Assembly (NCBI GenBank): GCA_902788205.1
Contig: CADAJJ010000009.1
Span: 119 to 64,118, forward strand
Origin: an uncultured Spirochaetales bacterium
Lineage (GTDB): Bacteria > Spirochaetota > Spirochaetia > Sphaerochaetales > Sphaerochaetaceae
Reading direction: 5' to 3'
Length of the DNA: 64,000 bases
Below, one piece after another: positions 26,652 through 36,541 of the stretch. Under the pieces are notes generated by a model. The model was given only the letters and a program-made list of their open reading frames with translations. It did not search any database and was not told the origin of the DNA. Both the position numbers and the translations under genes were made by a program. Each line of letters opens with the position of its first letter. Positions within the stretch are counted from its first letter, which is position 1.

Positions 26652-28301
26652 TCAGAGAATCGTGATGCGTCCTTGAGGTTCCGCGTATTCGGCGGTGACC
26701 TCGTTGCCAAGTTTCTCGATCACGTAGGTCATCAGCACCTGGTTGTCCAGCATGCCTTCGTTGATCAACAGCTCGTCGTTCTGGAACATCGTGAAGCCGT
26801 CACCAGCGTCCTTGAGCATGTAGTTGTGGCTGGCCAGCTTGTAGGTGGCATCAGGGTCGATCGGCGTCCACTGACCCGCTTTTTCCACCACGACATCCTT
26901 GACCCTGCGCTCGCCCTTGACGGCGACGAACATGTTCTTGCCGTCCAGCTCGACCGAGGTCGGGATGCTGGTGTCGATGGTGTACTTCAAGCCGGAAACC
27001 TGCAGGAACCCGCCACACTCTCCGGTGGCGTTCTTGCCGTCACTGGTGTGCTTCTGGGTGGAGCGGCTTGCCAGTTCCAGAGCGTCAAGAATCTGCTGCC
27101 CGGTGGCCTTGACCATGGTCAGCGTGTTGCCGTACGGATGGACTTTGATCAGGTCTCCATAGGTGATCGGTCCCTTCTTCAGGGGAGCGCGGATGCCGCC
27201 ACCATTGACGAAGGCGATATCAGCGTCGGCAACCGTGCGGTAGGCATCAGCGCACAGGTCGCCAAGGTTGGTCTCACGGGTACGGACCAGACGCACGCCG
27301 TTCGTATCGGCAATCGTCAGGTCGACATCGGTCTTGCCGATGACCTCCGCAAGGCTCTCCTTGTACTTCGCCTCGATCGAGTCGACGAACGCTGCGATAT
27401 CGGGATCCTTGTCAGGATATGTTCCGATCAATCCCGTCTCCATCACCCCATCCGGTCCGATCAGGAGCATGCCGATATTGGCGAACTTCGTCCCGGTCGA
27501 GGAAAGCAGGACTTTCCCGCCATCCTTGGCGGCGACCACTTCGCAGGGAATGACACTGTGGGAATGGCCGTCAAGCACCACATCGATACCGGTCGTATTG
27601 GCAATCAGGTCGGTGGAGCGGAACGGGGCGGAAGACTCGTCAGTACCCAGGTGGGCAAGCACGACGACATACTGGGCCCCCTCGGAACGGGCCTTGTCGA
27701 CATTCTCCTGGACGACGCTATAAAAAGCCTGAGGGTCGTCACCATAAAAATCGTAGGCGAACTCATTCCCTTCCTTGAAATAGGTCGGAGTGGACTTGGC
27801 GATGCTCTCCGGAGTGGAAACGCCAACGAAACCCACCTTGAGGGCGTCATAGGTCGCGACCTCGTAGGGCTTCACGTCTCCGAGCAGGTTTCCCTTGCTT
27901 CCCGTGTACTTGATATTACAGGCCAGATACTGGCAATCGGCCTTGCCGATCAGTTGGGAAAGACGGTCCATGCCATAGTCGAACTCATGGTTGCCGATGG
28001 CGGCATAGTCATATCCGACCTTGTTCATGATTTCCACCGGGTACTCGCCCTTGGAAATGGTTCCCATCGCCTCGCCTTGGATGGAATCGCCATTATCCAC
28101 CAAGACCACATACGGTGTTTTTTTCAACACCTCCTGTTTCAGGGCCACCAGCGACTCGTACCCGAGCGAGGAACGAATCGCGCAGTGCACATCGTTGGTG
28201 TACAGCACCACGACGCTGTTCTGCTTCTCGGTGATCGGCTGCGCGAACAGGGAACCAAGAGCGACAAGCAGTACCAGCAATACATTCCTGAATTTTTTCA
28301 T
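26652..28301 (-). CDS. Secreted bifunctional metallophosphatase / 5'-nucleotidase (UshA family)
   Basis: Signal peptide MKKFRNVLLVLLVALGSLFAQP and metallophosphatase motifs TNDVH, GDSIQGE, GNHEFD, followed by a C-terminal 5'-nucleotidase domain. Confidence 0.9.
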   Translation of the reverse strand: MKKFRNVLLVLLVALGSLFAQPITEKQNSVVVLYTNDVHCAIRSSLGYESLVALKQEVLKKTPYVVLVDNGDSIQGEAMGTISKGEYPVEIMNKVGYDYAAIGNHEFDYGMDRLSQLIGKADCQYLACNIKYTGSKGNLLGDVKPYEVATYDALKVGFVGVSTPESIAKSTPTYFKEGNEFAYDFYGDDPQAFYSVVQENVDKARSEGAQYVVVLAHLGTDESSAPFRSTDLIANTTGIDVVLDGHSHSVIPCEVVAAKDGGKVLLSSTGTKFANIGMLLIGPDGVMETGLIGTYPDKDPDIAAFVDSIEAKYKESLAEVIGKTDVDLTIADTNGVRLVRTRETNLGDLCADAYRTVADADIAFVNGGGIRAPLKKGPITYGDLIKVHPYGNTLTMVKATGQQILDALELASRSTQKHTSDGKNATGECGGFLQVSGLKYTIDTSIPTSVELDGKNMFVAVKGERRVKDVVVEKAGQWTPIDPDATYKLASHNYMLKDAGDGFTMFQNDELLINEGMLDNQVLMTYVIEKLGNEVTAEYAEPQGRITIL

Positions 28302-28378
28302 CAGTTACCTCCCTTTGTGGTAAAGCTGTTCTTAGAATAACAAAGATATAGCCATGGCACAATGGGAGGAGTTGATGG

Positions 28379-28783
28379 CTATGCCAGTTGATGCTCTTTC
28401 ACAAACTCATCGAACAGGTCGGCGGCAAGCTCGACCGTCTGCAGACAGCGTACCCCGGGGACGAAGTATTTCGGTTTCAATGCCGAGCAGTCCACTGCTC
28501 CCTCCCGCTTGCGGAAGGCATCCACGTAGTCCGCGCAAAGCTCCTTGAAGCCGGCCGTCTCATGGGCTTTCGTTCCGATGAACAGCTTCCCCAAGGCGGC
28601 GATCGCGGCGGACAGGGCACCACAGGTGAGACCACAGCCCATGCCTCCGCCAAAGCCACCGGCAAGTTTCATCTCCTCTTCGCCGAGAGCAAGATGGTAT
28701 TCGTCGTTGATGGCGTGGATCAACGTCTCTGCGCAGTTGTAGTTTTTCTCCAGATAATAGGCTCCGACTCGGTCCTTCAACAT
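28379..28783 (-). CDS. C_GCAxxG_C_C-family redox-type small protein
   Basis: 134 aa with NCAETL...GGMGCGLTCGALSAA...C..C Cys pattern characteristic of that family. Confidence 0.75.
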   Translation of the reverse strand: MLKDRVGAYYLEKNYNCAETLIHAINDEYHLALGEEEMKLAGGFGGGMGCGLTCGALSAAIAALGKLFIGTKAHETAGFKELCADYVDAFRKREGAVDCSALKPKYFVPGVRCLQTVELAADLFDEFVKEHQLA

Positions 28784-28837
28784 TCCGTTCTCCTACCGCT
28801 AGTATACCGAAAAAAAGCGGATTTGGAGAGGTCTTGA

Positions 28838-29722
28838 TCAGTTCTGGGCCGGATCCGCCATCAGTTTCAGCAACTCATCCCGCTTGAAGTCCAGGTATTC
28901 GCCCCAGAGCTTGTCGTCCAGGAAGGGGTTGCGCGAAGGATCTTTCTGAAGCCGCTCCATCCTACCCAGCGTGTCGTTGTTGATGCAGTGGTTGGCAAGG
29001 AAGAGCTCCACCTTCTCGTCCCTCACCTTTCTCAAGGAATCCAGATACGTCTGACGCATGGCGTGCTTCACGTCGCCGATATCGTCCAGATAGGCTTTCT
29101 GCAAGGTATTGAATCCGAAGCCACCGTAGTAGCCGGCACGCTTGACGCCTTCGTTCCCCTTCACGTCGAAGAAGGTGGCGATGACACCGGCAGTGTGGCC
29201 GGGACAAAGACGGAAGAAGAAATCCATTCCTCCAAAATCGATGTGTTCCTTGTCGTCGATCGCATGGTCGACCACAAAGAGCTCGTCGGCCAGGTTGCCT
29301 GTATCTTGGATTGCCGAAAATTCCGGGTGATGCTGGAAATCCTCAGCATCCGGTCTCCCCAGATAGAGTTTGGTTCCGAACATCCGTCTGAAAAAGAGGG
29401 CTCCGCCAATATGGTCCAGATGTCCATGGGAAAGAATGATCCATCGCACGTTGGCGGGGTTGAAGCCGGCCTCCCAAATGGCGTTGACCAACATCGCTGT
29501 CGCACCGCAGTTGCCGGCATCAATCAGCAATAATCCGTTTCCCGTATCAATCAAATGCACGCAGACCCAGCTGTCACCCACGTACCAGACGTTTCCGTAC
29601 ATCTGGAACGGGTGGACATAGCGTCGCTCCTGATTGGAAAAATATGTTGGCACCATCGGATTGGAGAACCAGCGTTTCCGTTCCTGCTCATACCGGTCAT
29701 AAGCGATTCTCAGTTTCGACAT
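28838..29722 (-). CDS. MBL-fold metallo-hydrolase
   Basis: ILSHGHLDHIGG motif; 294 aa. The start overlaps the upstream gene by 13 nt. Confidence 0.8.
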   Translation of the reverse strand: MSKLRIAYDRYEQERKRWFSNPMVPTYFSNQERRYVHPFQMYGNVWYVGDSWVCVHLIDTGNGLLLIDAGNCGATAMLVNAIWEAGFNPANVRWIILSHGHLDHIGGALFFRRMFGTKLYLGRPDAEDFQHHPEFSAIQDTGNLADELFVVDHAIDDKEHIDFGGMDFFFRLCPGHTAGVIATFFDVKGNEGVKRAGYYGGFGFNTLQKAYLDDIGDVKHAMRQTYLDSLRKVRDEKVELFLANHCINNDTLGRMERLQKDPSRNPFLDDKLWGEYLDFKRDELLKLMADPAQN

Positions 29723-30630
29723 GTTTCCTCCTCTCCTTGTCGCAGGTATGTGTCGAAGAATGCCAGGACTGCCTTTCTTGTCGCGTCTTGGACGAACTCG
29801 TGCGTACCGTGGCCCGCACCACGGACGATATACAGCTCGCTGGGAATTCCTTTCTTCTGGAGCGCTTCGTAGAAGTGTTCGCTCTGGGAAACGGGAACCA
29901 GCGGGTCAAGATCCCCATGGAAGATGGCGACTGGACACATCTTCCGGGAGATGAAGCCGATCGGGCTGGCCGCTTTCGCCATCTTGGCGATATAGGCTGC
30001 ATCCCCTCCGATCATCAGTCCTTCGCGGGTCCTGGTAGGATCATCCCCGTGATAGACGTTGGCCATATGTATGGACCAAAGGTCCACCGGACCGTAGAAA
30101 TCCACCGCCGCCTGGACATGGTCGCTGAACGAGCTCCATTCACTGCTCCGGTATTGGTCGTCGTTCAGGGCGCAGAACGAGGAAAGATGTCCGCCGGCAG
30201 AGCGTCCGATCGTTCCCACCCGGTCCGGGTCGAGGTGATAGCTGTCGGCGTTTGCCCGAAGGAACCGGATCGCCGTCTTCACATCCTCGACCTGCGCGGG
30301 GAAATGTCCCTTGCCGCTGTCGCGGTAGTCGACCACCGCCACCGCGTACCCAGCCTCCGCCAGATAGACGGACTCGGCAGCCTGGTACGTCCGGCAAGGC
30401 ACCGCGCGCCATCCATTCCCGTTGATCCAGACAATCACCGGCTGGCGGAAGCCACCCGCCTCATCATCCCGTCCGAGGACGAGCCGCATCTCGCTGTTGC
30501 CCGCCGCATACAGCAAGGTCATCTTCAGCTCGAGCGGATTTCCGTCCAGGTCAGCCACGTGGCCGAAGACCAGGTCATCCACCACGGTGATCTGGCGGCG
30601 CCTTGCACCCGGCTCAATCACATGCTTCAT
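29710..30630 (-). CDS. Alpha/beta-hydrolase (esterase/lipase type)
   Basis: Nucleophile elbow GRSAGGH plus later HGDLDPLVP and GAGHG motifs. The start overlaps tctA by 17 nt. Confidence 0.8.
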   Translation of the reverse strand: MKHVIEPGARRRQITVVDDLVFGHVADLDGNPLELKMTLLYAAGNSEMRLVLGRDDEAGGFRQPVIVWINGNGWRAVPCRTYQAAESVYLAEAGYAVAVVDYRDSGKGHFPAQVEDVKTAIRFLRANADSYHLDPDRVGTIGRSAGGHLSSFCALNDDQYRSSEWSSFSDHVQAAVDFYGPVDLWSIHMANVYHGDDPTRTREGLMIGGDAAYIAKMAKAASPIGFISRKMCPVAIFHGDLDPLVPVSQSEHFYEALQKKGIPSELYIVRGAGHGTHEFVQDATRKAVLAFFDTYLRQGEEETCRN

Positions 30631-32122
30631 CCGCTACCTCTCGTCTTCTCTGAAAGAGCATGCGCAAAACCGGTGAGAAGATACAGCCGATGGCGACAAC
30701 TAGGAAGCAACAGGAAACCGGACGCGTGAAGAAGGTCGCGATGCCGTTATCGCTACTCTGGAAGCCCTTGAGCATGTTGCTCTCCAAAGTAGGCCCGAGG
30801 ATGAAGGCAAGCATCATAGGAGCCGATGGAAGCCCGGCGAACAGCATCAGTAGCCCGATGATGGCAAAGACAATCATCATGCCGCACTTGTACAACGAAC
30901 CGGACTCGACATAGGCGGAAACCAGGGAAATGACCAGGAGCGCCGGATACATGTAGTGGTAGGGGACCTTCAGGATATAGGGGAACCAGCGCTTGGATGC
31001 CATCTGGATCAGCAAGACGAGAATCGCATCGAAGGCCACCGCGGCGAACATCATGTAGACCAGGTTGCCGGAGTTCCGGAACACCATCGGACCCATCTCG
31101 AGACCCTGGATGGAAAGCGCCCCGATCAGCAAGGCGGTCGAGGTATCGCCCGGGATACCGAGGGAAACCATCGGAATCATGGCGCCACCGATGGCGGCGT
31201 TGTTGGAGACCTCGCTGGCCCAGATGCCGTCAGGCACCCCGGTACCGAACTCGCCCGCACGCTTGCTGTGGTTCTTGCAGGTCGAGTAGGCCACCAAGTT
31301 GGAAAGGCCGGCGCCCATACCCGGAAGGAAACCGATCACAAGACCAATCAGAAAGGAACGGATGATATTGACACCCTGTTCGAAGATTTCAAGCCAGTGC
31401 AAGCCGAATCCCTTCAGGGAGGAGTCATCCACGTCCGGCAACTTGTCAAAGCCACGTCCGTACTCCAAAGCGATACGGGAAATGCCGAAGATGGAAATCA
31501 GGACCACCGTCAGGGAAAGCCCGCTCATCAGGTACATGTTCCCGAAGACGAAGCGTTCCTGAGCATCGATCGGACTGAAACCGACCGAAGCGAACAACAG
31601 GCCGATACAGGCTGAGGTCAAACCCTTGCACATATCGCCCTTGCTGATGGCGATGACCATCGTGATGGCGACCATGCAGAGGGAAAAATACTCCCACGGA
31701 CCGAGCTTGAAGGCAATCGCGGCAATCGACTGGGCCAGGAGGGCGCCAAGGATCGCCGAGAAGAACGTCCCGATGAAACTGGCAACCATGCCGATGGCCA
31801 AAGCATGGCTCGCCTGTCCCTTCTTTGCCATCGGATACCCATCGAAGACGGTGGCCACCGACGAGGGAGAACCAGGAATGCCGAGCAGGACGCTGCCGAT
31901 GAAAGCCCCGGAACAGCCGCCGACCCAGAGCGAAATCAGGAACATGACGCCGGGACCGAGGGCCATATGATAGGTAAGAGGCATGAACAGCATCATCGCC
32001 AGCGACCCCGAGAGACCCGGGATGGCGCCGAAGATGATGCCAATGATGGTGCCTGCAAGCGTCAGGACCAGGTTGTAGCCATTGAAAAGGTTGGAAAAGA
32101 CAAAGGGAAGATACTGTTCCAT
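30614..32122 (-). CDS. tctA: Tripartite tricarboxylate transporter, large permease
   Basis: 502-aa polytopic TctA-type product, adjacent to TctB- and TctC-like genes. Confidence 0.9.
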   Translation of the reverse strand: MEQYLPFVFSNLFNGYNLVLTLAGTIIGIIFGAIPGLSGSLAMMLFMPLTYHMALGPGVMFLISLWVGGCSGAFIGSVLLGIPGSPSSVATVFDGYPMAKKGQASHALAIGMVASFIGTFFSAILGALLAQSIAAIAFKLGPWEYFSLCMVAITMVIAISKGDMCKGLTSACIGLLFASVGFSPIDAQERFVFGNMYLMSGLSLTVVLISIFGISRIALEYGRGFDKLPDVDDSSLKGFGLHWLEIFEQGVNIIRSFLIGLVIGFLPGMGAGLSNLVAYSTCKNHSKRAGEFGTGVPDGIWASEVSNNAAIGGAMIPMVSLGIPGDTSTALLIGALSIQGLEMGPMVFRNSGNLVYMMFAAVAFDAILVLLIQMASKRWFPYILKVPYHYMYPALLVISLVSAYVESGSLYKCGMMIVFAIIGLLMLFAGLPSAPMMLAFILGPTLESNMLKGFQSSDNGIATFFTRPVSCCFLVVAIGCIFSPVLRMLFQRRREVADEACD

Positions 32123-32134
32123 AGCGCATGCTCC

Positions 32135-32599
32135 TTACATCCAAACCGGATCTGGCATCGGAAGCGAAAAGGCCTTCGTGTACAAGAAGTAGACGAAGAG
32201 CGTGAACAACACGCTGAAAAGGATCCGGCCCTTGGTGGCAGACTTCCAACCCTTGGAAAAGAGCGTGGAAAGCACATAGCAGACAATCGGGGTCATGATG
32301 AGGAAACCCAGGTATTTCATCAGGAACACGTAGGCGGAAAGCACCAGGAACACGATGCCGACCCTGACCCATCCCTCTTTGACGAGGAACAGTTTCTGCT
32401 CCTTTTTGCTGAAGGTGCTCTGCAAAAAGATGCCGAGGCCACAGACGACGAAACCGAACGCGGCAAGTCCCGGCATGGCCTTAGGCCCGGGATATTCGAT
32501 CGTAAACGGTACCGGATAGTCACGGATCATGGCGAAAACCACGATGCCAAGGATCACGGTCACGATACCGACCATTTGGTCACGTTTCACTTGGAACAT
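32135..32599 (-). CDS. tctB: Tripartite tricarboxylate transporter, small subunit
   Basis: 154-aa protein with four TM-like segments. ATG 32599 follows GAGAGGAGG. Confidence 0.75.
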   Translation of the reverse strand: MFQVKRDQMVGIVTVILGIVVFAMIRDYPVPFTIEYPGPKAMPGLAAFGFVVCGLGIFLQSTFSKKEQKLFLVKEGWVRVGIVFLVLSAYVFLMKYLGFLIMTPIVCYVLSTLFSKGWKSATKGRILFSVLFTLFVYFLYTKAFSLPMPDPVWM

Positions 32600-32661
32600 G
32601 GGAATCCTCCTCTCTTGCGAGCGAAGGGACTCCGCACGGAAGCCCCTTCGCCGCATGGCAG

Positions 32662-33669
32662 TTATTTTCTCAAGCCGAGATCGACGACGACCGAGTTCAA
32701 GGAAGCCTGGGTATCCTGTACCCGCTTCAAGCCATCCTCGTAGGAAAGGAAAACCATGCCGAAACCCTTCGGATCAAGATCGCCGCTGACTTTTGGATTG
32801 GCATAGGCATTGGCGTACAGGTCGTGCAAGGCACGGGCCAGGTCGTCGCTCATCGACTTCGGGCCAAGGAACAGGTTGATATTGCCCCAGGCGAACTTGT
32901 AGCCGAGTTCGGGGAAACTCTCCAGGTCGGGGAAGACCGGGCAGCGGCCGCCCTCCTCATCACGGGCGACAACAGCCAGGGCACGGACTTTGCCTGCCTC
33001 CACATACTGCTTTGCCTGGTTCGGGTTGACGAAGCATGCGTCGATGGTCTTGCCGACGACAGCAGCCATCTTCTCGGTATCGGTTCCGGCCTCGACGGTC
33101 CTCACCTGGATGCCGGCAGCCTTGGAGAACAAGCCGGTGATGATGTGGGCGGTACCGCCAGTCTCCACACCGAACTTCAGGGAACCGGGAGCTGCCTTTG
33201 CGGCGGCGACCAAGTCGTCGACCGTCTGATACGGCGAGCTCATATCGACAACCAGCGTGTAGCTTGCGGGATCCTTCTGCAGGCTGACGGCAATCACCTT
33301 GTAGTCGTTTGCAGCGGAGCGTTTGAAGACACCACTTGCCGTCTTGATCAGCATGGTGGTGTGGAACTGGAGAATCGTGGACCCATCGCCCTTGGCGTTG
33401 GCGACTTTCTCGAGGGCGACCGCACCACCCCCATCGGTGTTGTTGACGATGGTCACATGGAAACCGCCATCGCTGGCGACCTGGGCCCCGAGCGTACGGG
33501 CCATCACGTCCGTGCCGCCTCCCGTCTTGGCGGGAACCTGCACCTCCATGCTCTTGGGAAGAAGGACGCCACCGTTCTGGGCGGCGCTTTCAGCTTGTCC
33601 GGTGGCAAACAGCGAGGCGGCCATCGCCATGGTCAATGCGGTCAATGCGACCCGTTTCATCAGTCTCAT
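32662..33669 (-). CDS. tctC: Tripartite tricarboxylate transporter substrate-binding protein (Bug/TctC family)
   Basis: Signal peptide MRLMKRVALTALTMAMAASLFA and Bug-family length. AAGGAG RBS. Confidence 0.85.
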   Translation of the reverse strand: MRLMKRVALTALTMAMAASLFATGQAESAAQNGGVLLPKSMEVQVPAKTGGGTDVMARTLGAQVASDGGFHVTIVNNTDGGGAVALEKVANAKGDGSTILQFHTTMLIKTASGVFKRSAANDYKVIAVSLQKDPASYTLVVDMSSPYQTVDDLVAAAKAAPGSLKFGVETGGTAHIITGLFSKAAGIQVRTVEAGTDTEKMAAVVGKTIDACFVNPNQAKQYVEAGKVRALAVVARDEEGGRCPVFPDLESFPELGYKFAWGNINLFLGPKSMSDDLARALHDLYANAYANPKVSGDLDPKGFGMVFLSYEDGLKRVQDTQASLNSVVVDLGLRK

Positions 33670-33751
33670 ACCAAACACTCCTTTTTGGTTTGTCCAAACT
33701 ATGGTTTTCATGGTAAAGGCCCTTTGTAATCTGTCTACTTTTAGTTTATTC

Positions 33752-33768
33752 TATTTTGTCTTAAAATA
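33752..33768. promoter_or_regulatory. Candidate LysR box TATTTT-GTCTT-AAAATA (T-N11-A type palindrome)
   Basis: Perfect 6-bp inverted arms in the 120-bp divergent LysR/tctC intergenic region. Confidence 0.4.
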
Positions 33769-33789
33769 ATTAAGAGAAAAGGAGGGCTT

Positions 33790-34707
33790 ATGGACCTGCA
33801 TCTGCTCGAAAACATAACGATGATCGCCCAGCAGGGAACCATCTCGAAGGCCGCGGAGAAGCTCTATATCACCCAGTCGGCCCTCAACCAGCAATTGCTG
33901 AGACTCGAGGAGGACGTGGGGACTCCCCTCTTCGACCGGGGAGGCCACCGCATGACGCCTACCTACGCCGGACGCGTCTATCTGGAATCTGCGCGGAAGA
34001 TGCTCGAGCTAAAGAAGAAAACCTACCACATCATCCGTGACATCGCCGATGGCAAGCGGGGCGAGATCCATATCGCCTATACTCCGGAACGTGGTGCGGA
34101 CCAGTTCGCCAAGACCTACCCGGTCTTTCACGCGAAGTACCCCGATGTCACCTTTGTCATCCATGAGGAACGGGTCAAGGAGATGGAGAAGCACCTGGCT
34201 GACGGCACGGTCGATATCGCCCACATCTCCATCCGCCAACCCCAGCCCGCCTTCGACTATGAGTGGATCGACAGCGAGCAGATGGTGCTGGCAGTCCCAC
34301 GCGGCAACCCGTTGGCAGAAAAAGCCGACGAGGCGAAAGGACCGGGGCTGCCGCTGCTCGACCCCGCTTGGCTCGCGGGAGAGAAAATCGTCTTGAACTC
34401 CCAAGAGACGCTGATGCGGGACATGGTGGACGACCTCTACCGGCAGGCAGGGCTCAAGCCGGACGTGCTCTTCGAGACATCATCCAGCAAGACCATCATC
34501 AGCGTGGTGGAAAACGGTATCGCCGTGGGTTTCGTACCCCAATCCTATGTGGTTCCCTCCCAGAAGGTGGTGTTCTTCACCGCCGGACACCGGTACGAGT
34601 GGATGCTGACAGTCGCCCACCGGAGGGACTACTACCTCTCCAATGCCGAGCGGGAGTTTATCCGGACCTTCAAGGAACTCTATCAGTCCACCCATCAAAA
34701 CCGTTAG
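33790..34707 (+). CDS. LysR-family transcriptional regulator
   Basis: N-terminal HTH (QQGTISKAAEKLYITQSALNQQLLRLEEDVG) plus a LysR substrate-binding domain. Confidence 0.9.
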   Translation: MDLHLLENITMIAQQGTISKAAEKLYITQSALNQQLLRLEEDVGTPLFDRGGHRMTPTYAGRVYLESARKMLELKKKTYHIIRDIADGKRGEIHIAYTPERGADQFAKTYPVFHAKYPDVTFVIHEERVKEMEKHLADGTVDIAHISIRQPQPAFDYEWIDSEQMVLAVPRGNPLAEKADEAKGPGLPLLDPAWLAGEKIVLNSQETLMRDMVDDLYRQAGLKPDVLFETSSSKTIISVVENGIAVGFVPQSYVVPSQKVVFFTAGHRYEWMLTVAHRRDYYLSNAEREFIRTFKELYQSTHQNR

Positions 34708-35981
34708 TCGGCGACGAGGTTGAGGTAGATCGAGGAGCTGTACCAACCGGCGGTCAAGCTGTTGGCGTCGTCAATGTCCTCGAAGCTGAAGTCAAGGTCC
34801 CCCTCGAGCCGGTACAGGGCAAAGTATCCGTTGTTGGATTTGTCCGTCACCGCGCAGGGAACGACGAGGTAGTCGGCATTGTCGCCTTTGAACACATGGG
34901 TCACCTGCGTCGAGGCATAGTCGGCATAGCTGGCGAAGGTGGTCGACGAGGCGGCCGCATTCCCCTTGTAGGTTATGGTGAAGGGAATCGAATTGTAGGC
35001 GTTCTCGTACGTCGTTCCCACCTTCCTGAGCTTGAAGACGCTCTCCGTGTTGGTGATCGTGTTGGGCTGGGCAGAAATATAGAGCTTGTAGGGAGTCAGG
35101 CTTGTGGCCGCCGGCTTGCTCCGGTAGACCGTGTAGTTGGTCGCCTGGATATCGGCGATCTTCACCCCATTGTTCGCCGCGCTTGCCGTGAGGGAAGCGA
35201 TATCCAGTTGCTTGGCAGCGTCGGTGGCGTTCACGAAGAAGCTGAAATTGGAGCCCTTGTCGGGTTTCTCGCCTCCGACATACCCCCACAGGGTCATATC
35301 GAAGCTCTGGGTCTGGGGAGAGACGGAGGGGTCGGTCGTGGTCATGGTGATGTGCAGGTCGCTCCGGTAATCATGGTACTCTGCCAGATCTTCGTCGGTC
35401 CCCTCGAGGATGATGATGAAATCGGCCCAACGGTCATTCGCTTGGTCCGACGCGGTCCGGTCGCTCGGCTGCATGACAAACGAATAGGACTGGCCGGGAT
35501 TGGTGGTCACGTAGAACGATGAGGAGGAATTGCCGTACTTGGTGGCATCGCTGGTCATGGTGGTGTCGTTCTTGTTTGCACCACTCCCGCTGGTGCTGCG
35601 ACGGCCGTTGACGGCAATCTTATACTTCTTGTACTTGCTATGGTCGGTCTGGGAGGTGAACTGAAAGTCCCCCGAGAAGGTGACCGTCGTGGTCCCTGAG
35701 ACTCCGAGGGCGCCGAAGACGCCGATCATCGTGTCGTCATAATACCCCATCGAGTCATTGTACGCGGTCCTTCCGTTGTTCGGAGTCGTGGTGCCAACCC
35801 ATGCCAAGTTGGTGGAAAAGTCATGGTATTTGTACTCGGGGTCGGTCAAATCGATGCTGCTTGCTGTCTGGGACATGAACTCGACCCAGAACTCATGCTC
35901 TGCAAAAAGGGGCGCGAGAAGGAGCCAGGAGAACAGCGACAACAGGATGGAACACTTGCGGAACATGCGATGCCTCCTCAT
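34704..35981 (-). CDS. Secreted 425-aa protein, largest member of the C-terminal 'aGxYxSSIxLxL' family (gene 4 of 4)
   Basis: Signal peptide MRRHRMFRKCSILLSLFSWLLLAPLFA/EH and S/T/N/Y-rich composition. It ends in TAGWYSSSIYLNLVAD. ATGA overlap with the upstream stop. Confidence 0.7.
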   Translation of the reverse strand: MRRHRMFRKCSILLSLFSWLLLAPLFAEHEFWVEFMSQTASSIDLTDPEYKYHDFSTNLAWVGTTTPNNGRTAYNDSMGYYDDTMIGVFGALGVSGTTTVTFSGDFQFTSQTDHSKYKKYKIAVNGRRSTSGSGANKNDTTMTSDATKYGNSSSSFYVTTNPGQSYSFVMQPSDRTASDQANDRWADFIIILEGTDEDLAEYHDYRSDLHITMTTTDPSVSPQTQSFDMTLWGYVGGEKPDKGSNFSFFVNATDAAKQLDIASLTASAANNGVKIADIQATNYTVYRSKPAATSLTPYKLYISAQPNTITNTESVFKLRKVGTTYENAYNSIPFTITYKGNAAASSTTFASYADYASTQVTHVFKGDNADYLVVPCAVTDKSNNGYFALYRLEGDLDFSFEDIDDANSLTAGWYSSSIYLNLVAD

Positions 35982-36541
35982 TCCCCGTTGGTCAGGGTGA
36001 ACAGGATCGAACCGGTATAATAGCCCGATCCGTACGATGACGCGTCTTTCTGGTACAGGCGAAAATAGATGGGATTGTCCGTGTAGGTCATGATCCGGTC
36101 CGTGCTGCCCAGCGTGTAGACGCCCCCGCTGCCAAGATTCCAATCGGCGTCGGAGCCGGTATTGTTGATATAGGCGATCTTGGTCGAAGAAGGTGACTCG
36201 GCATTTGTCGGGTATTGGATACCGATCTGGTAGGAGATGGCGGACTGGGAGTCCGAACTCTTCACCATCGGCTTGGTGGTCACCTTGACGTTGACCAAGG
36301 CGTTGGTCATCAGCGTCCAGGTACCGATCTGCAGGCCGACAATCTGGTCCTTCGGTGCCACGCTGCTGTCCGTCAGGTCAAAAGAGGACGCCGCCGCGGT
36401 CCGGCCGATGATCAGTGTCGTCTTCGGGTCAAGGAAACCATACAAGTCGACACTCTCGTTCCCGTAGACATTGACGGCACCAAGGCTCCTGGAGGCCAAA
36501 AGCACCATCATCCATACGCGTATGCAAGAAAGGTACTTCAT
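35978..36541 (-). CDS. Secreted 187-aa family member (gene 3 of 4)
   Basis: Signal peptide MKYLSCIRVWMMVLLASRSLG/AV; ends in GSGYYTGSILFTLTNGE. ATGA overlaps at both ends (36538-36541, 35978-35981). Confidence 0.75.
   Translation of the reverse strand: MKYLSCIRVWMMVLLASRSLGAVNVYGNESVDLYGFLDPKTTLIIGRTAAASSFDLTDSSVAPKDQIVGLQIGTWTLMTNALVNVKVTTKPMVKSSDSQSAISYQIGIQYPTNAESPSSTKIAYINNTGSDADWNLGSGGVYTLGSTDRIMTYTDNPIYFRLYQKDASSYGSGYYTGSILFTLTNGE

Noticed and set aside
26634-28340. 568-aa plus-strand ORF antisense to the 5'-nucleotidase gene
   Set aside because: The minus-strand gene has a signal peptide and all metallophosphatase motifs. The plus-strand frame is a GC-driven open frame without motifs.
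34263-35522. 419-aa plus-strand ORF overlapping the LysR 3' half and running antisense to the 425-aa secreted-protein gene
   Set aside because: It is out of frame with LysR, extremely Arg/Gly/Pro-rich and has no start context. The minus-strand gene has a signal peptide, coupling to its upstream cistron and the family motif.
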